Both the position numbers and the translations under genes were made by a program. Source: Methanomethylovorans hollandica DSM 15978 (GTDB lineage: Archaea; Halobacteriota; Methanosarcinia; Methanosarcinales; Methanosarcinaceae). From it: DNA of 64,000 bases. Of this stretch, positions 21,364 through 32,314 are shown in pieces (the stretch's first letter is position 1; every line of letters starts with the position of its first letter). The stretch is from NCBI RefSeq assembly GCF_000328665.1, contig NC_019977.1:310001-374000 (forward strand). Direction: 5' to 3'. The notes below the pieces were generated by a model. It saw nothing but the letters and a program-made list of their open reading frames with translations. It ran no database searches and was not told the origin of the DNA.

Positions 21364-22179
21364 TCAGGTACCTATTTGAAGCGGATCTATAATCTTTTTC
21401 AATGTAGCAATGGCAGAAAGAGGTGCAAGATAACTACTCTTTGGATTATTGGGTGAAGGTACATTCTCAACTTTAGACGTCAATTTCCCAAAGGCACCCT
21501 CCACTGTGATCTCATGGATGTTACGGCAGAGTGCCGGATTGGCTATGATCTTTACTTTTGTTTTTTCGAACCCTGTTCCAGCTAGGCTGAGCGTGGCAGC
21601 AACATTCACATTTGCCGGAAATCCTTTTACAGCTTCACTTGCCTTACCTTCAAAGATAACGGTTTTGCTTTTGATCTCATCCAGCTTTATTTTGTTTTGT
21701 ACCACATAGGGAGCACCGGCTAGTCCCGCAGGAGGTTTCTGTGTTGTCAGTGTAACGGAGTATATCTGTTCTGATGCCGCTGATTTAAGTCCATCGAGCC
21801 CCGCAATGGCTCCGGATGGCAAATATATCTTACAGTTCATTTCTTTTGCAATCCCATAAACGGTCTTGAAAAGCCTTTCATCAGCAAAAGCCCCCACGCT
21901 CATTATCATTACATCGCATCTCGCATGCAAAGCAGCAGGTACTACTTCATAGACAGCCTCCTGAGAGGCACATTCCACTAACAGGTCTATATGTTTAATC
22001 ATTTCTTCCGCTTCCATCACGGCAGGCTGAAGATTTACCAAAGAGGATTGCAGTCTTTCAACGTTCTCAGCATTCCTATCATAGATAGCATAAACTTCAG
22101 CTTCCATCAATCCATCATCGATCGCTTTACAGATGCAGGTGCCTATTGTGCCACATCCGATTATTCCTATCTTCAGCAT
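21364..22179 (-). CDS. nadX: L-aspartate dehydrogenase
   Basis: IGIIGCGTIG, VECAS, PSGAIAGLDG, FPANVNVAA, NIHEI, NPKSSYLA; adjacent to nadA. Start MLKIG at 22179. Confidence 0.93.
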   Translation of the reverse strand: MLKIGIIGCGTIGTCICKAIDDGLMEAEVYAIYDRNAENVERLQSSLVNLQPAVMEAEEMIKHIDLLVECASQEAVYEVVPAALHARCDVMIMSVGAFADERLFKTVYGIAKEMNCKIYLPSGAIAGLDGLKSAASEQIYSVTLTTQKPPAGLAGAPYVVQNKIKLDEIKSKTVIFEGKASEAVKGFPANVNVAATLSLAGTGFEKTKVKIIANPALCRNIHEITVEGAFGKLTSKVENVPSPNNPKSSYLAPLSAIATLKKIIDPLQIGT

Positions 22180-22300
22180 TATTGATTCCTTCAGGACAGT
22201 TTTTTGACCCACAATGGTCTGTTATATTTATGTGCTAGGGACCTTTATCTCGGATAATAAGTTGTTTGAAAGTTGGGGTGAACGGTTCGTTCTGGATTTT

Positions 22301-22591
22301 ATGGAAAGGCATCGTATATCCTCCAGAGTGTTCCTTGAGTCTAATGCGCCACATGCAACAGGCGAAGAGCTGTTGAATGAAGGCAGAAGCGATAGGAAGA
22401 GCGATGCCTCGTCCATAGGGTACATGTATGTCAGAAGATTGTCCAAGTATAAAAAATACTTGCTGAACAGAACTCGTAAGAAAACTGGCAAACAATTTTC
22501 CTCGAATCACCTTCAATGGAATGAATCAAAGGAAAGGCTTGTTAAAGTTGAGGATTACAATTTTGATTTGCAGGTACTTTTTGTTGTCTAG
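22301..22591 (+). CDS. Hypothetical protein
   Basis: Open frame (track 22214-22591) with GGGGTGA upstream of ATG 22301; no recognisable motif. Confidence 0.3.
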   Translation: MERHRISSRVFLESNAPHATGEELLNEGRSDRKSDASSIGYMYVRRLSKYKKYLLNRTRKKTGKQFSSNHLQWNESKERLVKVEDYNFDLQVLFVV

Positions 22592-23388
22592 CTGTTACAA
22601 AATAGCAAAAATCATATGATACATCTGGTGACAGAAAACTTTATATAGTCCCTGTCTCTCTCAAAGAGAGTTGATCTACTTTCAAGCTTCTAATTTCGCC
22701 GTCAATGTAAATAACTCTTTATATATAATATTTAAATCTTCATGCTCATTTTGAATAAAAAGTTCATATAATACTTTATGATACTTTATTATAAGTAATA
22801 ATACTTTAAAAACATCTTTTTTTATATCTTATTCACAATGTGGTCTTAAAATTTAATTTTAAACTCTATAATAGTTTTATTGTATAATTAAGTTCATATG
22901 GCCTCCTTGAAGTAACTTCATAGATACTTTTTTCCTATTATTTTTGGTGTGGTACATTTAATATAAGGTTCTAATATGGCTTTAATAAAAAAAAAAGAAC
23001 GCATAAGGTAAAATATAGAGTATTAGATGTCTTTTTAATCTTTAAATCTATTTTATTGTTTTTTATATCTCCTATTTTTAAATCAAAGGTGTATTTATAT
23101 TTATTGGTAATAAGTATATTTATATATATCAAATCCAACCTGAATTCATATTAAACGATTAATATTGGTAATTGGGTAGGAACAATCGTATAATGAAATT
23201 AGATATTTGTGGGCTGTAGTTTTCAAAATTACAGCTATAGAACATAAATGAAATAGGTTTGATTGCTGCAATATCCTGTTCATGGATATTTGTTCACAGT
23301 CGAATCCTTTCTCTCTAAAATAATGTGACATAAGCGGCTATTAATTGCACAAACTAATTTCAATAAATAAAAATAGAGGTACAAATAT

Positions 23389-26300
23389 ATGGATAACATC
23401 AGTTTCAACTTTTTCGAAAGATTTAGTGCCCACAGGTGGGCTAAATCCCGTCATGTGTTGCTGATTGCTTTATGGTTGAAAAGTTATTTCTTCTCGACAA
23501 AAGCTTTATCTACAAAATACAATTTCTCTAGAAATAAAAACAACACCACCTTTAAAAAAATCTCTTCCTCTGTTCTTGGCTTGATATTTTGTTTTCTGTG
23601 TTTTTCAGTAGTCGGATCCGGTCTATCTTCAGCAGCAACGGTATATGTCGCTGCGGATGGAAGTGGCGACTACAATTGTAACGGAACGAACGATCACGTT
23701 GAAATAAATGAAGCACTTGCATACATAAAAAGTACTGGTGGCGGTACTGTTTATCTTAAGGGTCCAAATACATACTGGATAGATAGCACTCTTAATATCG
23801 GTTCAAACATAAAACTCACAGGTGACTCAACCGCTGAAATAAAACTTGTTCCGAAGGCAGGCTGGTCCAGCGGTGTTCCAATGATCCGGGGTGAAACCAG
23901 AGCAAGTAATATCGTAATCACTGGCTTTACTATCGATGGAAATAGTGAAAACCAGGGTGTTTCTTTTGGAAGAGGGTATTATGATCTAATATATTTAGAA
24001 CGTTCTAATAACGTAGAAGTATCTCACATGCTTCTTGAGTGGGGATGCAATGATGGATTAAAAATTAAATGGGGCAACAACGTTGTTTTTACTCACAACA
24101 ATGTGTACAAAATGGGTCATGATGCTTTTTATGCACTTTACTATAATACAGGTGAAGTTGCATACAACACTGTCTTCACACGGACAAATAGTGCGTGCAG
24201 GTTATCCGGTGGTGTATCTGATTTTACTGTCCATGACAATACATTCTATTCTGACGGGGGCGGCACATCAACAGGACCGGCAATAGAGATAGACAAAACC
24301 GGTAGCTCAGGAACTTTATCCTTTAATAATATAGATATATATAATAATAAGATACACAGCATAAGGGGTTCAGGTATCTGGATGTTTGCAGCATATACTG
24401 ACAATGTCATACGGGCAAAGAACGTCCATATACATCACAATACATTTACAAAAGTAGGCCAACACGCTTTAAATACCGGATATACCAATGCAGCGATCAC
24501 AATGCAGAATTTTGATAATACTATCATCGAGAATAATGTATTTGATGATGGTGGTAATGCTGCAATAAAATGGTATGCATGGTCTCCGATTCCACAGCAA
24601 AAGGCACAGTTCACCACCTATGTTAGGAACAATATAATAAAGAACAATGATGGAATGAGTGGAGTTCCAGGCTCAGGAGTGGGTATATGGAATACACAGC
24701 CATCCTATGCAAAGTTCATACTTCAGAACAACGAGTTTTACAACAATAAGAATGGTGCTACTAATGCTCCAGTTGCAAATGGCGGAGCTGACAAAACCGT
24801 AACTGTTGAATCACCTGTCACTTTCGATGCCAGTGCATCTACTGATGATATCGGCATAGTTTCTTACTCCTGGGATTTCGATGCATCAAATGGCATAACC
24901 TCTGAAGCTACAGCTAGGACAACTACAAAGACATATGCAACAGCAGGAACGTATACTGTGACGCTTACTGTTACGGATACGACTGGGCAGAAAGCCACAG
25001 ACAGAGTAACTGTAGTTGTGAATGCAGCAACAACTACCACTGCTCCATCTATACCACCATCTACGACCACTCCCTCTACAATTCCCAGCCAGGCAGATGC
25101 TGCTCCGGTTGCAAATGGCGGAGCTGATAAAACCGTAACTGTTGGCTCACCTGTCGCTTTCGATGCCAGTGCATCTACAGATGATGTTGGCATAGCTTCT
25201 TACTCCTGGGATTTCGATGCATCAAATGGCATTACATCTGAAGCTACAGCTAGGACAGCTACAAAGACATATGCAACAGCAGGAACGTATACTGTGACAC
25301 TTACTGTTACGGATACGACTGGGCAGAAAGCCACAGACAGAGTAACTGTAGTTGTGAATGTAGCAACAACTACCACCGCTCCATCTACATCTACAACTAC
25401 ACCTGCAGTTCCCACCAAAGTAGATACCGTTCCAGTTGCAAATGGCGGAGCTGATAAAACCATAACTGTTGGCTCACCTGTCACTTTCGATGCCAGTGCA
25501 TCTACAGATGATGTTGGCATAGTTTCTTACTCCTGGGATTTCGATGCATCAAATGGCATAACCTCTGAAGCTACAGCTAGGACAGCTACAAAGACATACA
25601 CAACAGCAGGGACGTATACTGTGACACTTACTGTTACGGATACGACTGGGCAGAAAGCCACAGATAGAGTAACTGTAGTCGTGAGGGCAGCAACAACTAC
25701 CACCGCTCCATCTACAACTACACCTGCAGTTCCCACCAAAGTAGATACCGTTCCAGTTGCAAATGGCGGAGCTGATAAAACCGTAACTGTTGGCTCACCT
25801 GTCACTTTCGATGCCAGTGCGTCTACAGATGATGTTGGCGTAGCTTCTTACTCCTGGGATTTCGATGCATCAAATGGCATTACATCTGAAGCTACAGCTA
25901 GGACAGCTACAAAGACATATGCAACAGTAGGAACGTATACTGCGACACTTACTGTTACGGATACGACTGGACAGAAAGCCACAGACAGAGTAACTGTAGT
26001 TGTGAATGCAGCAACAACTACCACCGCTCCATCTACAACTACACCAACTACACCAACATCTCCAGCAGGATCGGTCTCATATTCTCCGACGTATGACAAT
26101 GGTCTGCGGACTTCATCCCCTACCAGTGTTTTCTCCACTATGAACTATATTGATATTGGAGCGAGTTCAGCTAGTTGCAGGGATCTGATGATGTTCGATC
26201 TGAGTAACTACAAAACAACAGATGTAATCTCAAAGGCTACCCTCTCACTATACTGGTATTATCCTGCTACCACACGTACTTCAGATACAGTGGTACAGAT

Positions 26301-28227
26301 CTACAGACCAGCAGCTGACTGGGATCCAAGATATGTAAGCTGGACAAACCGCGCATCCGGCACTTCATGGACCACAGCAGGAGGAAACTGGTATGACAAG
26401 AATGGAGCAGCCCAGGGCAGTACACCGTATGCATCCGTTACATTCGCAGCTAGCACAGTGCCCGGTAACAGGTACTATGATTTCGATGTAACTCAGCTGG
26501 TACAGGAATATGTGAGTGGCAAGTTCAAGAACACCGGATTTTTCCTGAAGGCCAGGACAGAGAGCGGCAATTACATTGCTTTCTACAGCTCAGAATGGTC
26601 TAATGCTGCACAGAGACCTAAGTTAACAGTTTCAACAGGTCAATCCAGCAGTTCAACAGTTCTCAGCCATGCAGATGCTGCTCCAGTTGCAAATGGCGGA
26701 GCTGACAAAACCATAACTGTTGGCTCACCTGTCACTTTCGATGCCAGTGCATCTACAGATGATGTTGGCATAGCTTCTTACTCCTGGGATTTCGATGCAT
26801 CAAATGGCATTACATCTGAAGCTACAGCTAGGACAGCTACAAAGACATACACAACAGCAGGAACGTATACTGCGACACTTACTGTTACGGATACGACTGG
26901 GCAGAAAGCCACAGACAGAGTAACTGTAGTTGTGAATGCAGCAACAACTACCACCGCTCCATCTACAACTACACCTACACCTGCAGTTCCCACCAAAGTA
27001 GATACCGTTCCAGTTGCAAATGGCGGAGCTGACAAAACCGTAACTGTTGGCTCACCTGTCACTTTCGATGCCAGTGCATCTACAGATGATGTTGGCATAG
27101 CTTCTTACTCCTGGGATTTCGATGCATCAAATGGCATTACATCTGAAGCTACAGCTAGGACAGCTACAAAGACATATGCAACAGCAGGAACGTATACTGC
27201 GACACTTACTGTTACGGATACGACTGGGCAGAAAGCCACAGACAGAGTAACTGTAGTCGTGAGGGCAGCAACAACTACCACCGCTCCATCTACATCTACA
27301 ACTACACCTGCAGTTCCCACCAAAGTAGATACCGTTCCAGTTGCAAATGGCGGAGCTGATAAAACCGTAACTGTTGGCTCACCTGTCGCTTTCGATGCCA
27401 GTGCATCTACTGATGATGTTGGCATAGCTTCTTACTCCTGGGATTTCGATGCATCAAATGGCATAACCTCTGAAGCTACCGGTAGGACAACTACAAAGAC
27501 ATACACAACAGCAGGAACGTATACTGTGACACTTACTGTTACGGATACGACTGGGCAGAAAGCCACAGACAGAGTAACTGTAGTTGTGAATGCAGCAACA
27601 ACTACCACCGCTCCATCTACAACTACACCAACTACACCAACATCTCCAGCAGGATCGGTCTCATATTCTCCGACCTATGACAATGGTCTGCGGACTTCAT
27701 CCCCTACTAGTGTTTTCTCCACTACTAACTATATTGATATTGGAGCGAGTTCAGCTAGTTGCAGGGATCTAATGATGTTCGATTTGAGTAAGTATAAAAC
27801 CACAGATAAAATCTCCAAGGCTACTCTCTCACTATACTGGTATCACCCATCAGATACCACACGTGCTTCAGACACAGTGGTAGAGATATACAGGCCAGCT
27901 GCTGACTGGGATCCCGGGTATGTAAGCTGGAACAACCGTGCATCTGGTACTCTATGGACCACAGCAGGAGGAAACTGGTATGATCGAAACGGAGCTGCTC
28001 AGGGCATTACGCCGTATGCATCCGTTACATTCCCGGCCCGGGCAGTGCCCGGTAACAGGTACTATGATTTCGATGTCACTCAGCTGGTGCAGGAATATGT
28101 GAGTGCTAAGTACAAGAACACCGGTTTCTTCCTCAAGGCCAGGACAGAGGGCGGTAATTATATTGCATTCTACAGTTCTGAATGGTCCAATGCTGCACAG
28201 AGGCCAAAGTTAACTGTGACCATCTGA
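23389..28227 (+). CDS. Disaggregatase-related surface protein: beta-helix domain + 7 PKD repeats + 2 DNRLRE-type domains
   Basis: Hydrophobic signal-like stretch, ATVYVAADGSGDYNCNGTNDHVEIN beta-helix start, seven copies of PVANGGADKT...YSWDFDASNG...GTYTVTLTVTD, and two YDNGLR...FYSSEWSNAAQRPKLTV domains. Confidence 0.9.
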   Translation: MDNISFNFFERFSAHRWAKSRHVLLIALWLKSYFFSTKALSTKYNFSRNKNNTTFKKISSSVLGLIFCFLCFSVVGSGLSSAATVYVAADGSGDYNCNGTNDHVEINEALAYIKSTGGGTVYLKGPNTYWIDSTLNIGSNIKLTGDSTAEIKLVPKAGWSSGVPMIRGETRASNIVITGFTIDGNSENQGVSFGRGYYDLIYLERSNNVEVSHMLLEWGCNDGLKIKWGNNVVFTHNNVYKMGHDAFYALYYNTGEVAYNTVFTRTNSACRLSGGVSDFTVHDNTFYSDGGGTSTGPAIEIDKTGSSGTLSFNNIDIYNNKIHSIRGSGIWMFAAYTDNVIRAKNVHIHHNTFTKVGQHALNTGYTNAAITMQNFDNTIIENNVFDDGGNAAIKWYAWSPIPQQKAQFTTYVRNNIIKNNDGMSGVPGSGVGIWNTQPSYAKFILQNNEFYNNKNGATNAPVANGGADKTVTVESPVTFDASASTDDIGIVSYSWDFDASNGITSEATARTTTKTYATAGTYTVTLTVTDTTGQKATDRVTVVVNAATTTTAPSIPPSTTTPSTIPSQADAAPVANGGADKTVTVGSPVAFDASASTDDVGIASYSWDFDASNGITSEATARTATKTYATAGTYTVTLTVTDTTGQKATDRVTVVVNVATTTTAPSTSTTTPAVPTKVDTVPVANGGADKTITVGSPVTFDASASTDDVGIVSYSWDFDASNGITSEATARTATKTYTTAGTYTVTLTVTDTTGQKATDRVTVVVRAATTTTAPSTTTPAVPTKVDTVPVANGGADKTVTVGSPVTFDASASTDDVGVASYSWDFDASNGITSEATARTATKTYATVGTYTATLTVTDTTGQKATDRVTVVVNAATTTTAPSTTTPTTPTSPAGSVSYSPTYDNGLRTSSPTSVFSTMNYIDIGASSASCRDLMMFDLSNYKTTDVISKATLSLYWYYPATTRTSDTVVQIYRPAADWDPRYVSWTNRASGTSWTTAGGNWYDKNGAAQGSTPYASVTFAASTVPGNRYYDFDVTQLVQEYVSGKFKNTGFFLKARTESGNYIAFYSSEWSNAAQRPKLTVSTGQSSSSTVLSHADAAPVANGGADKTITVGSPVTFDASASTDDVGIASYSWDFDASNGITSEATARTATKTYTTAGTYTATLTVTDTTGQKATDRVTVVVNAATTTTAPSTTTPTPAVPTKVDTVPVANGGADKTVTVGSPVTFDASASTDDVGIASYSWDFDASNGITSEATARTATKTYATAGTYTATLTVTDTTGQKATDRVTVVVRAATTTTAPSTSTTTPAVPTKVDTVPVANGGADKTVTVGSPVAFDASASTDDVGIASYSWDFDASNGITSEATGRTTTKTYTTAGTYTVTLTVTDTTGQKATDRVTVVVNAATTTTAPSTTTPTTPTSPAGSVSYSPTYDNGLRTSSPTSVFSTTNYIDIGASSASCRDLMMFDLSKYKTTDKISKATLSLYWYHPSDTTRASDTVVEIYRPAADWDPGYVSWNNRASGTLWTTAGGNWYDRNGAAQGITPYASVTFPARAVPGNRYYDFDVTQLVQEYVSAKYKNTGFFLKARTEGGNYIAFYSSEWSNAAQRPKLTVTI
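24763..28224 (+). repeat. Intragenic near-identical ~320-330-bp PKD repeats within a ~1.58-kb higher-order duplication
   Basis: TACTCCTGGGATTTCGATGCATCAAATGGCAT recurs 7 times; the unit starting at 25093 recurs at 26671, and the DNRLRE start near 26068 recurs near 27652. Confidence 0.92.
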
Positions 28228-28413
28228 TGAAATACAATCTGTTGAGAGCGAAAAATAACTTCGCTCTGCCCTTTTATCTTTTTATGCAGTGTATTTGTTT
28301 AAATCTTAATATATATGTGGGCCTGGCACGCCCTTTTATTTTAAAAAATCTTAAAGGTCATAGTTTACCTGGAATTTGAAAATGATATATCTGCATATAC
28401 CAATAATGAAGTA

Positions 28414-30786
28414 TCAGGTTGTGAGCCTCTTATACAGCATTGGAAGGATCTCTGGAAGTGAACTGGCATCATCTATTATTGTGTATCCGGCATCAGAGAA
28501 AATATTATCTAGATATTTGCCGGGACTCTGATCCACAGTTATGCAGAACAAATGTATTCCCTTGGAGTTTGCTTCCTTTATTGCTACTCTGGCATCCTCT
28601 TCAGCAATTCTTTCTTTGTATGCACTTTCTCCCAAGGAACTATCGAAGGGTTCACCATCGGATAACAGTATTATTATCTTTGTTTTCGCATCTATCTTAT
28701 TAAGTTTTCGTACCGAATGGCGGATAGCAGACCCGAGCCTTGTGTTGGATACCGGCTCCATCAGACTTATCCTGCGTGCAACGTTGTCCGATAGTTTCTC
28801 ATTGAACTCCTTTATGATAAAGTATTCAACATCATCCCTTGTCTGACCGGAAAATGCATAGATGGCATACTTGTCTCCTATACTTTCAAGAGCCTGTATC
28901 ATGATGATAAGAGAGTCTTTTTCAACATCAACTATACTCTTTTCCTCATAGCCCACAATTTTATGGGTGGAATAACTGACATCTATAAGAAAAAGAGTTG
29001 CCACATCCCTTTCATGCTTATCCCATCTGAGATACAGCCTGCCATCAGGATTTACCCCGCATTTTTTCTGTATCAGGGAATCGATGAAGGCATCGATATC
29101 GATCTCACTTCCATCGATCTGTTCCTTAACCCTGCGGAATGCTTCCGGCTTCATCTCCTTGAATACATGCTTTATCAGGGAGATCTCATGTCTGTAATGT
29201 TCTGATGAATTTTTATAATAATCACTGGACATGCCAAAAGGCTCGATCTCGCTGACCGTACACCAGTCCTTTTTGTAGTCATTGATCACTGCATCCCATT
29301 CATCATACCTGTAACTACCCAGTATCTTCCAGTTCCTGGAAGTGGCATAGGTTGGCTTAAGTTTTAACTTTCTTTCCTTTAACATTTCCTTATCTGCTTC
29401 CGGCCCCACTTCACTTTCGGGAATGAAACTCCTTATAACATTCTCATGCGAATTGGGCGAAAAGGGGTCCTGCCTGCTATACGTTTCGATATCTACTCCG
29501 CGATAATCTATGTTCTTCAGTACCTCGTACTCCTTCTGGCTTAACGGCCCCATCTTGTCATCAAGCATGGTATATATTTTGAAGGTCGTATCAAGGGAGT
29601 CAAGGATAGACGATCCTTCGTAGAAGATCCTGTCCTTCAGCAGAATCCCTGCCTGATCAAGAAGATCTTTTGTAGCTTTGTTTATCTTGTAAACAGGTTC
29701 ATGTCCTATGGAGATCCACAGAAGTGATTCCATGAATGTTTCAAGGTCGCCTTTTGGGGCAGACCTTGTCAGAAGCATCTGGTATCTTATTCTCTCAAGG
29801 TCTAAGCGAACACCCTTGTAACATTGCATTATCCTGTACTCGACCCTGGTGTCTTCCAGAATGCCGAGTATTGTTCCTGCCAGTACTTTGTTGGGAAACA
29901 GAGCTATGATCTCAGCGATATCAATGATACCTTCAGGCTGCAGCCCTGAAAAATGAGTTCTTTTAATAATGGTAGTGTACCTGCTTCTGATATCCCCCAT
30001 CAGCCTTGCTGCCACATCATGTTCTATCTTATGGGAACTGAACTGTAAATGGCCGACTTCATGCATTATGCTCAGCTTGTATATCCTGAAGTTATCTTCA
30101 ATATCACCATATTTTTTGATCATGGGTGAAAGGTAGATGGTCTTGCCTGCAATCACAGGATTTATGTCATTGGTTTCTTGCTCTATCTGTAACATCCTTC
30201 GGGGTAGAATGTTAAAATTAACACCTGACAATCCAAGGGCATAATATCTTAGGATGCTTATGGTCTCATTGAGTGCCGCTGACCCCTTAAGCTCTTCAAT
30301 TAACTCCTTTGATCTATCAGAATTCAGGGAAAAATAAGTTTTTCCAATGAATGGATCCTCTTCAAAGAGAACTATACCTTTCAGGGCCCACTCTTCCAGT
30401 TCACTGACCTGAAGGTCCTTTAAGAGCTCAGCTGAATGTAAAAAATAATCAATTGCCAGGTCCTTGCCCTGATCAAATATTTTTATGCCGATACCTACCC
30501 ATTTCCTGATGCTATCAGGTCCTGTGTTCTGCATTGCCTCAGGAAGCTTCTCAAAAAAAGCTCCTGCAAGATCGAGGTCCTTATCAAGCAGCATACGGGC
30601 AGTTCTGAGCAGTTCGTCATGATATGTTGAACTGCTTTTTTGCAGAGCACTTATAAAACTCCTGTAATAAGCGAGCTCCAAAATACAGCTTTCTTTTGAG
30701 CTGTCTTCTTTGGGGAACAGGGCTTCTATTACTTCTTCAAGCTCTTCTTCACCGGGATCTGTTTGTTTGGCGATATCTTCTGACAA
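28414..30786 (-). CDS. VWA-domain protein, NorD/CbbO family
   Basis: HEVGH, ILEDTRVE, YDEWD, GSEIDIDA, MIDAS motif LIDVSYST, TRLGSAIRH, LSDGEP. Confidence 0.88.
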   Translation of the reverse strand: MSEDIAKQTDPGEEELEEVIEALFPKEDSSKESCILELAYYRSFISALQKSSSTYHDELLRTARMLLDKDLDLAGAFFEKLPEAMQNTGPDSIRKWVGIGIKIFDQGKDLAIDYFLHSAELLKDLQVSELEEWALKGIVLFEEDPFIGKTYFSLNSDRSKELIEELKGSAALNETISILRYYALGLSGVNFNILPRRMLQIEQETNDINPVIAGKTIYLSPMIKKYGDIEDNFRIYKLSIMHEVGHLQFSSHKIEHDVAARLMGDIRSRYTTIIKRTHFSGLQPEGIIDIAEIIALFPNKVLAGTILGILEDTRVEYRIMQCYKGVRLDLERIRYQMLLTRSAPKGDLETFMESLLWISIGHEPVYKINKATKDLLDQAGILLKDRIFYEGSSILDSLDTTFKIYTMLDDKMGPLSQKEYEVLKNIDYRGVDIETYSRQDPFSPNSHENVIRSFIPESEVGPEADKEMLKERKLKLKPTYATSRNWKILGSYRYDEWDAVINDYKKDWCTVSEIEPFGMSSDYYKNSSEHYRHEISLIKHVFKEMKPEAFRRVKEQIDGSEIDIDAFIDSLIQKKCGVNPDGRLYLRWDKHERDVATLFLIDVSYSTHKIVGYEEKSIVDVEKDSLIIMIQALESIGDKYAIYAFSGQTRDDVEYFIIKEFNEKLSDNVARRISLMEPVSNTRLGSAIRHSVRKLNKIDAKTKIIILLSDGEPFDSSLGESAYKERIAEEDARVAIKEANSKGIHLFCITVDQSPGKYLDNIFSDAGYTIIDDASSLPEILPMLYKRLTT

Positions 30787-30795
30787 GATGTCTCT

Positions 30796-30905
30796 TCACT
30801 CCAGGATATCATTGCTTCTATCATCGATACTCTTCTGCAGGTCAAGATTCTTCTCGATAACCTTTCCTTTATGTGAGATATCCTTGGATCAACTCCAAGG
30901 CATCC
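30796..30905 (-). pseudogene. Probable decayed 3' remnant of a cbbQ/norQ-type AAA+ ATPase gene
   Basis: Minus strand reads ...GVDPRIS... and, in another frame, LDLQKSIDDRSNDILE* ending 9 bp before the VWA gene. This resembles a CbbQ C-terminus in its usual position; no AAA core is visible upstream. Confidence 0.45.
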
Positions 30906-31079
30906 TGTTTGATAAGATCTTTAAAAAACTTGTTGTTACTTCTTTATATTAACTGTGCCGGAATAACTACAGGTCTATGTTGCTGGTATCTTATTTGTCT
31001 AATAAAGTAAAAATCAATGCATTTCTGCATACTCTAATTAAAAATGAATACTATCTTGGTTGATAAGATTAATAAGTTT

Positions 31080-31877
31080 CTATAGTTCTTTAAGGAGGCG
31101 CAGACCAACACGGCTGCTATTGCGGCGGGCATCTGGAGGGTAGTAATAACGACTTGCACATCTGCAGCCCACAGCAGATGTTTGCCAGCTTCCACCACGC
31201 AAAACCCGCATCATTTTGGAAGAACTCTCAATATCCTCCCGAGGACTACCATCTACAGGCGCACCTTCGTAACTATCCTTGTAAACGTCCAGTACCCATT
31301 CCCAGAGATTTCCGTGCATGTCATATAATCCCCATAGGTTAGGTTTCTTTTGTCCCACAGGATGGGTTCCGACATCTAAGTTCTCACAATAACAATATTC
31401 CTCTAATTTTGACTCACTGTCGCCAAATGCATATCTGGTAGAAGTACCAGCTCTACAGGCATACTCCCATTCAGCCTCAGAGGGTAGACGGTATTTATCA
31501 GTACCCTCTTTTTCATTGATCTTTTTTACAAATTCCTGTGCATTATTCCACGAAACCCTGTCAACTGGCCTGTCATCCCCTCTAAATTTAGAAGGATTAC
31601 TATCCATTATCTCAACCCACTGTTTTTGTGTTACCAAATACTTACCTAGATAGAAAGATTTTTTTATTTTTACCGTATGAACAGGTTGCTCATTGTTGTA
31701 CCAGTTATTTTCATGCGATAATGAACCCATTTCAAATTCACCCGCAGGAATTTGTATAAATTTCATATCAATAGAATTGGTATAAATTATAGGAAATCCA
31801 TCTCTCATTTCTTCCTTTGTCAGCCATTTAGTTACTTCTTCTTCTTTTCTGGTATCTCTTTTCTCCATTGCCTTCAT
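31080..31877 (-). CDS. Formylglycine-generating enzyme (FGE-sulfatase/SUMF1) domain protein
   Basis: IPAGEFEMGS, YRLPSEAEWEYACRAG, NLWGLYDMHGNLWEWV, RVLRGGSW. Confidence 0.9.
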   Translation of the reverse strand: MKAMEKRDTRKEEEVTKWLTKEEMRDGFPIIYTNSIDMKFIQIPAGEFEMGSLSHENNWYNNEQPVHTVKIKKSFYLGKYLVTQKQWVEIMDSNPSKFRGDDRPVDRVSWNNAQEFVKKINEKEGTDKYRLPSEAEWEYACRAGTSTRYAFGDSESKLEEYCYCENLDVGTHPVGQKKPNLWGLYDMHGNLWEWVLDVYKDSYEGAPVDGSPREDIESSSKMMRVLRGGSWQTSAVGCRCASRYYYPPDARRNSSRVGLRLLKEL

Positions 31878-31974
31878 CCCAATCTAATTATAATAGAAGT
31901 AATATAAACAGTCTAAATTTGTTACTCCTCATTGGTAGTTGCAGTAAGCAACATATGCTACTGTGAAAAGCAGT

Positions 31975-32289
31975 TCATAGAAAATCGATACTGATGCTTC
32001 CCATCTTTTTGGTGAGGGTACCAGACATGAAACCTGCCTCTATGAAACAAACGTGCATAACTGCACATGGAACAAGACATGTGGAAGTACATCTCGCTTC
32101 CCTGGCCTTTTGCATAACAATGTTCTCTTTTATATCAAATAACTCCATCATTGGAACTTCCAGATGGGATATTTCTTTAATCTTCTCACAAGGTGTATCG
32201 ATATCTACAATTATGTTTTGTCCATTCATTTTTCCCCTTATTATATGAGTGAACCCACATATCTTGGAATTAACCTTCACTTCAGTCAT
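31975..32289 (-). CDS. Small Cys-rich hypothetical protein (DUF6951-like)
   Basis: ICGFTH...TPCEKI...CTSTCLVPCAV pattern; AGGAGGAG RBS. Confidence 0.7.
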   Translation of the reverse strand: MTEVKVNSKICGFTHIIRGKMNGQNIIVDIDTPCEKIKEISHLEVPMMELFDIKENIVMQKAREARCTSTCLVPCAVMHVCFIEAGFMSGTLTKKMGSISIDFL

Positions 32290-32314
32290 GAAACTCCTCC
32301 TGGTTTTATTGTCA

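Noticed and set aside
24763..27650. Regular repeats as a CRISPR array
   Set aside because: Units are ~320-bp in-frame PKD domains with no unique spacers and no cas genes.
31080..31210. FGE-sulfatase C-terminus as a diversity-generating retroelement variable region
   Set aside because: The fold is a known DGR target, but I saw no reverse transcriptase and no template repeat with adenine-specific differences in the window. A trans-acting DGR elsewhere cannot be excluded.
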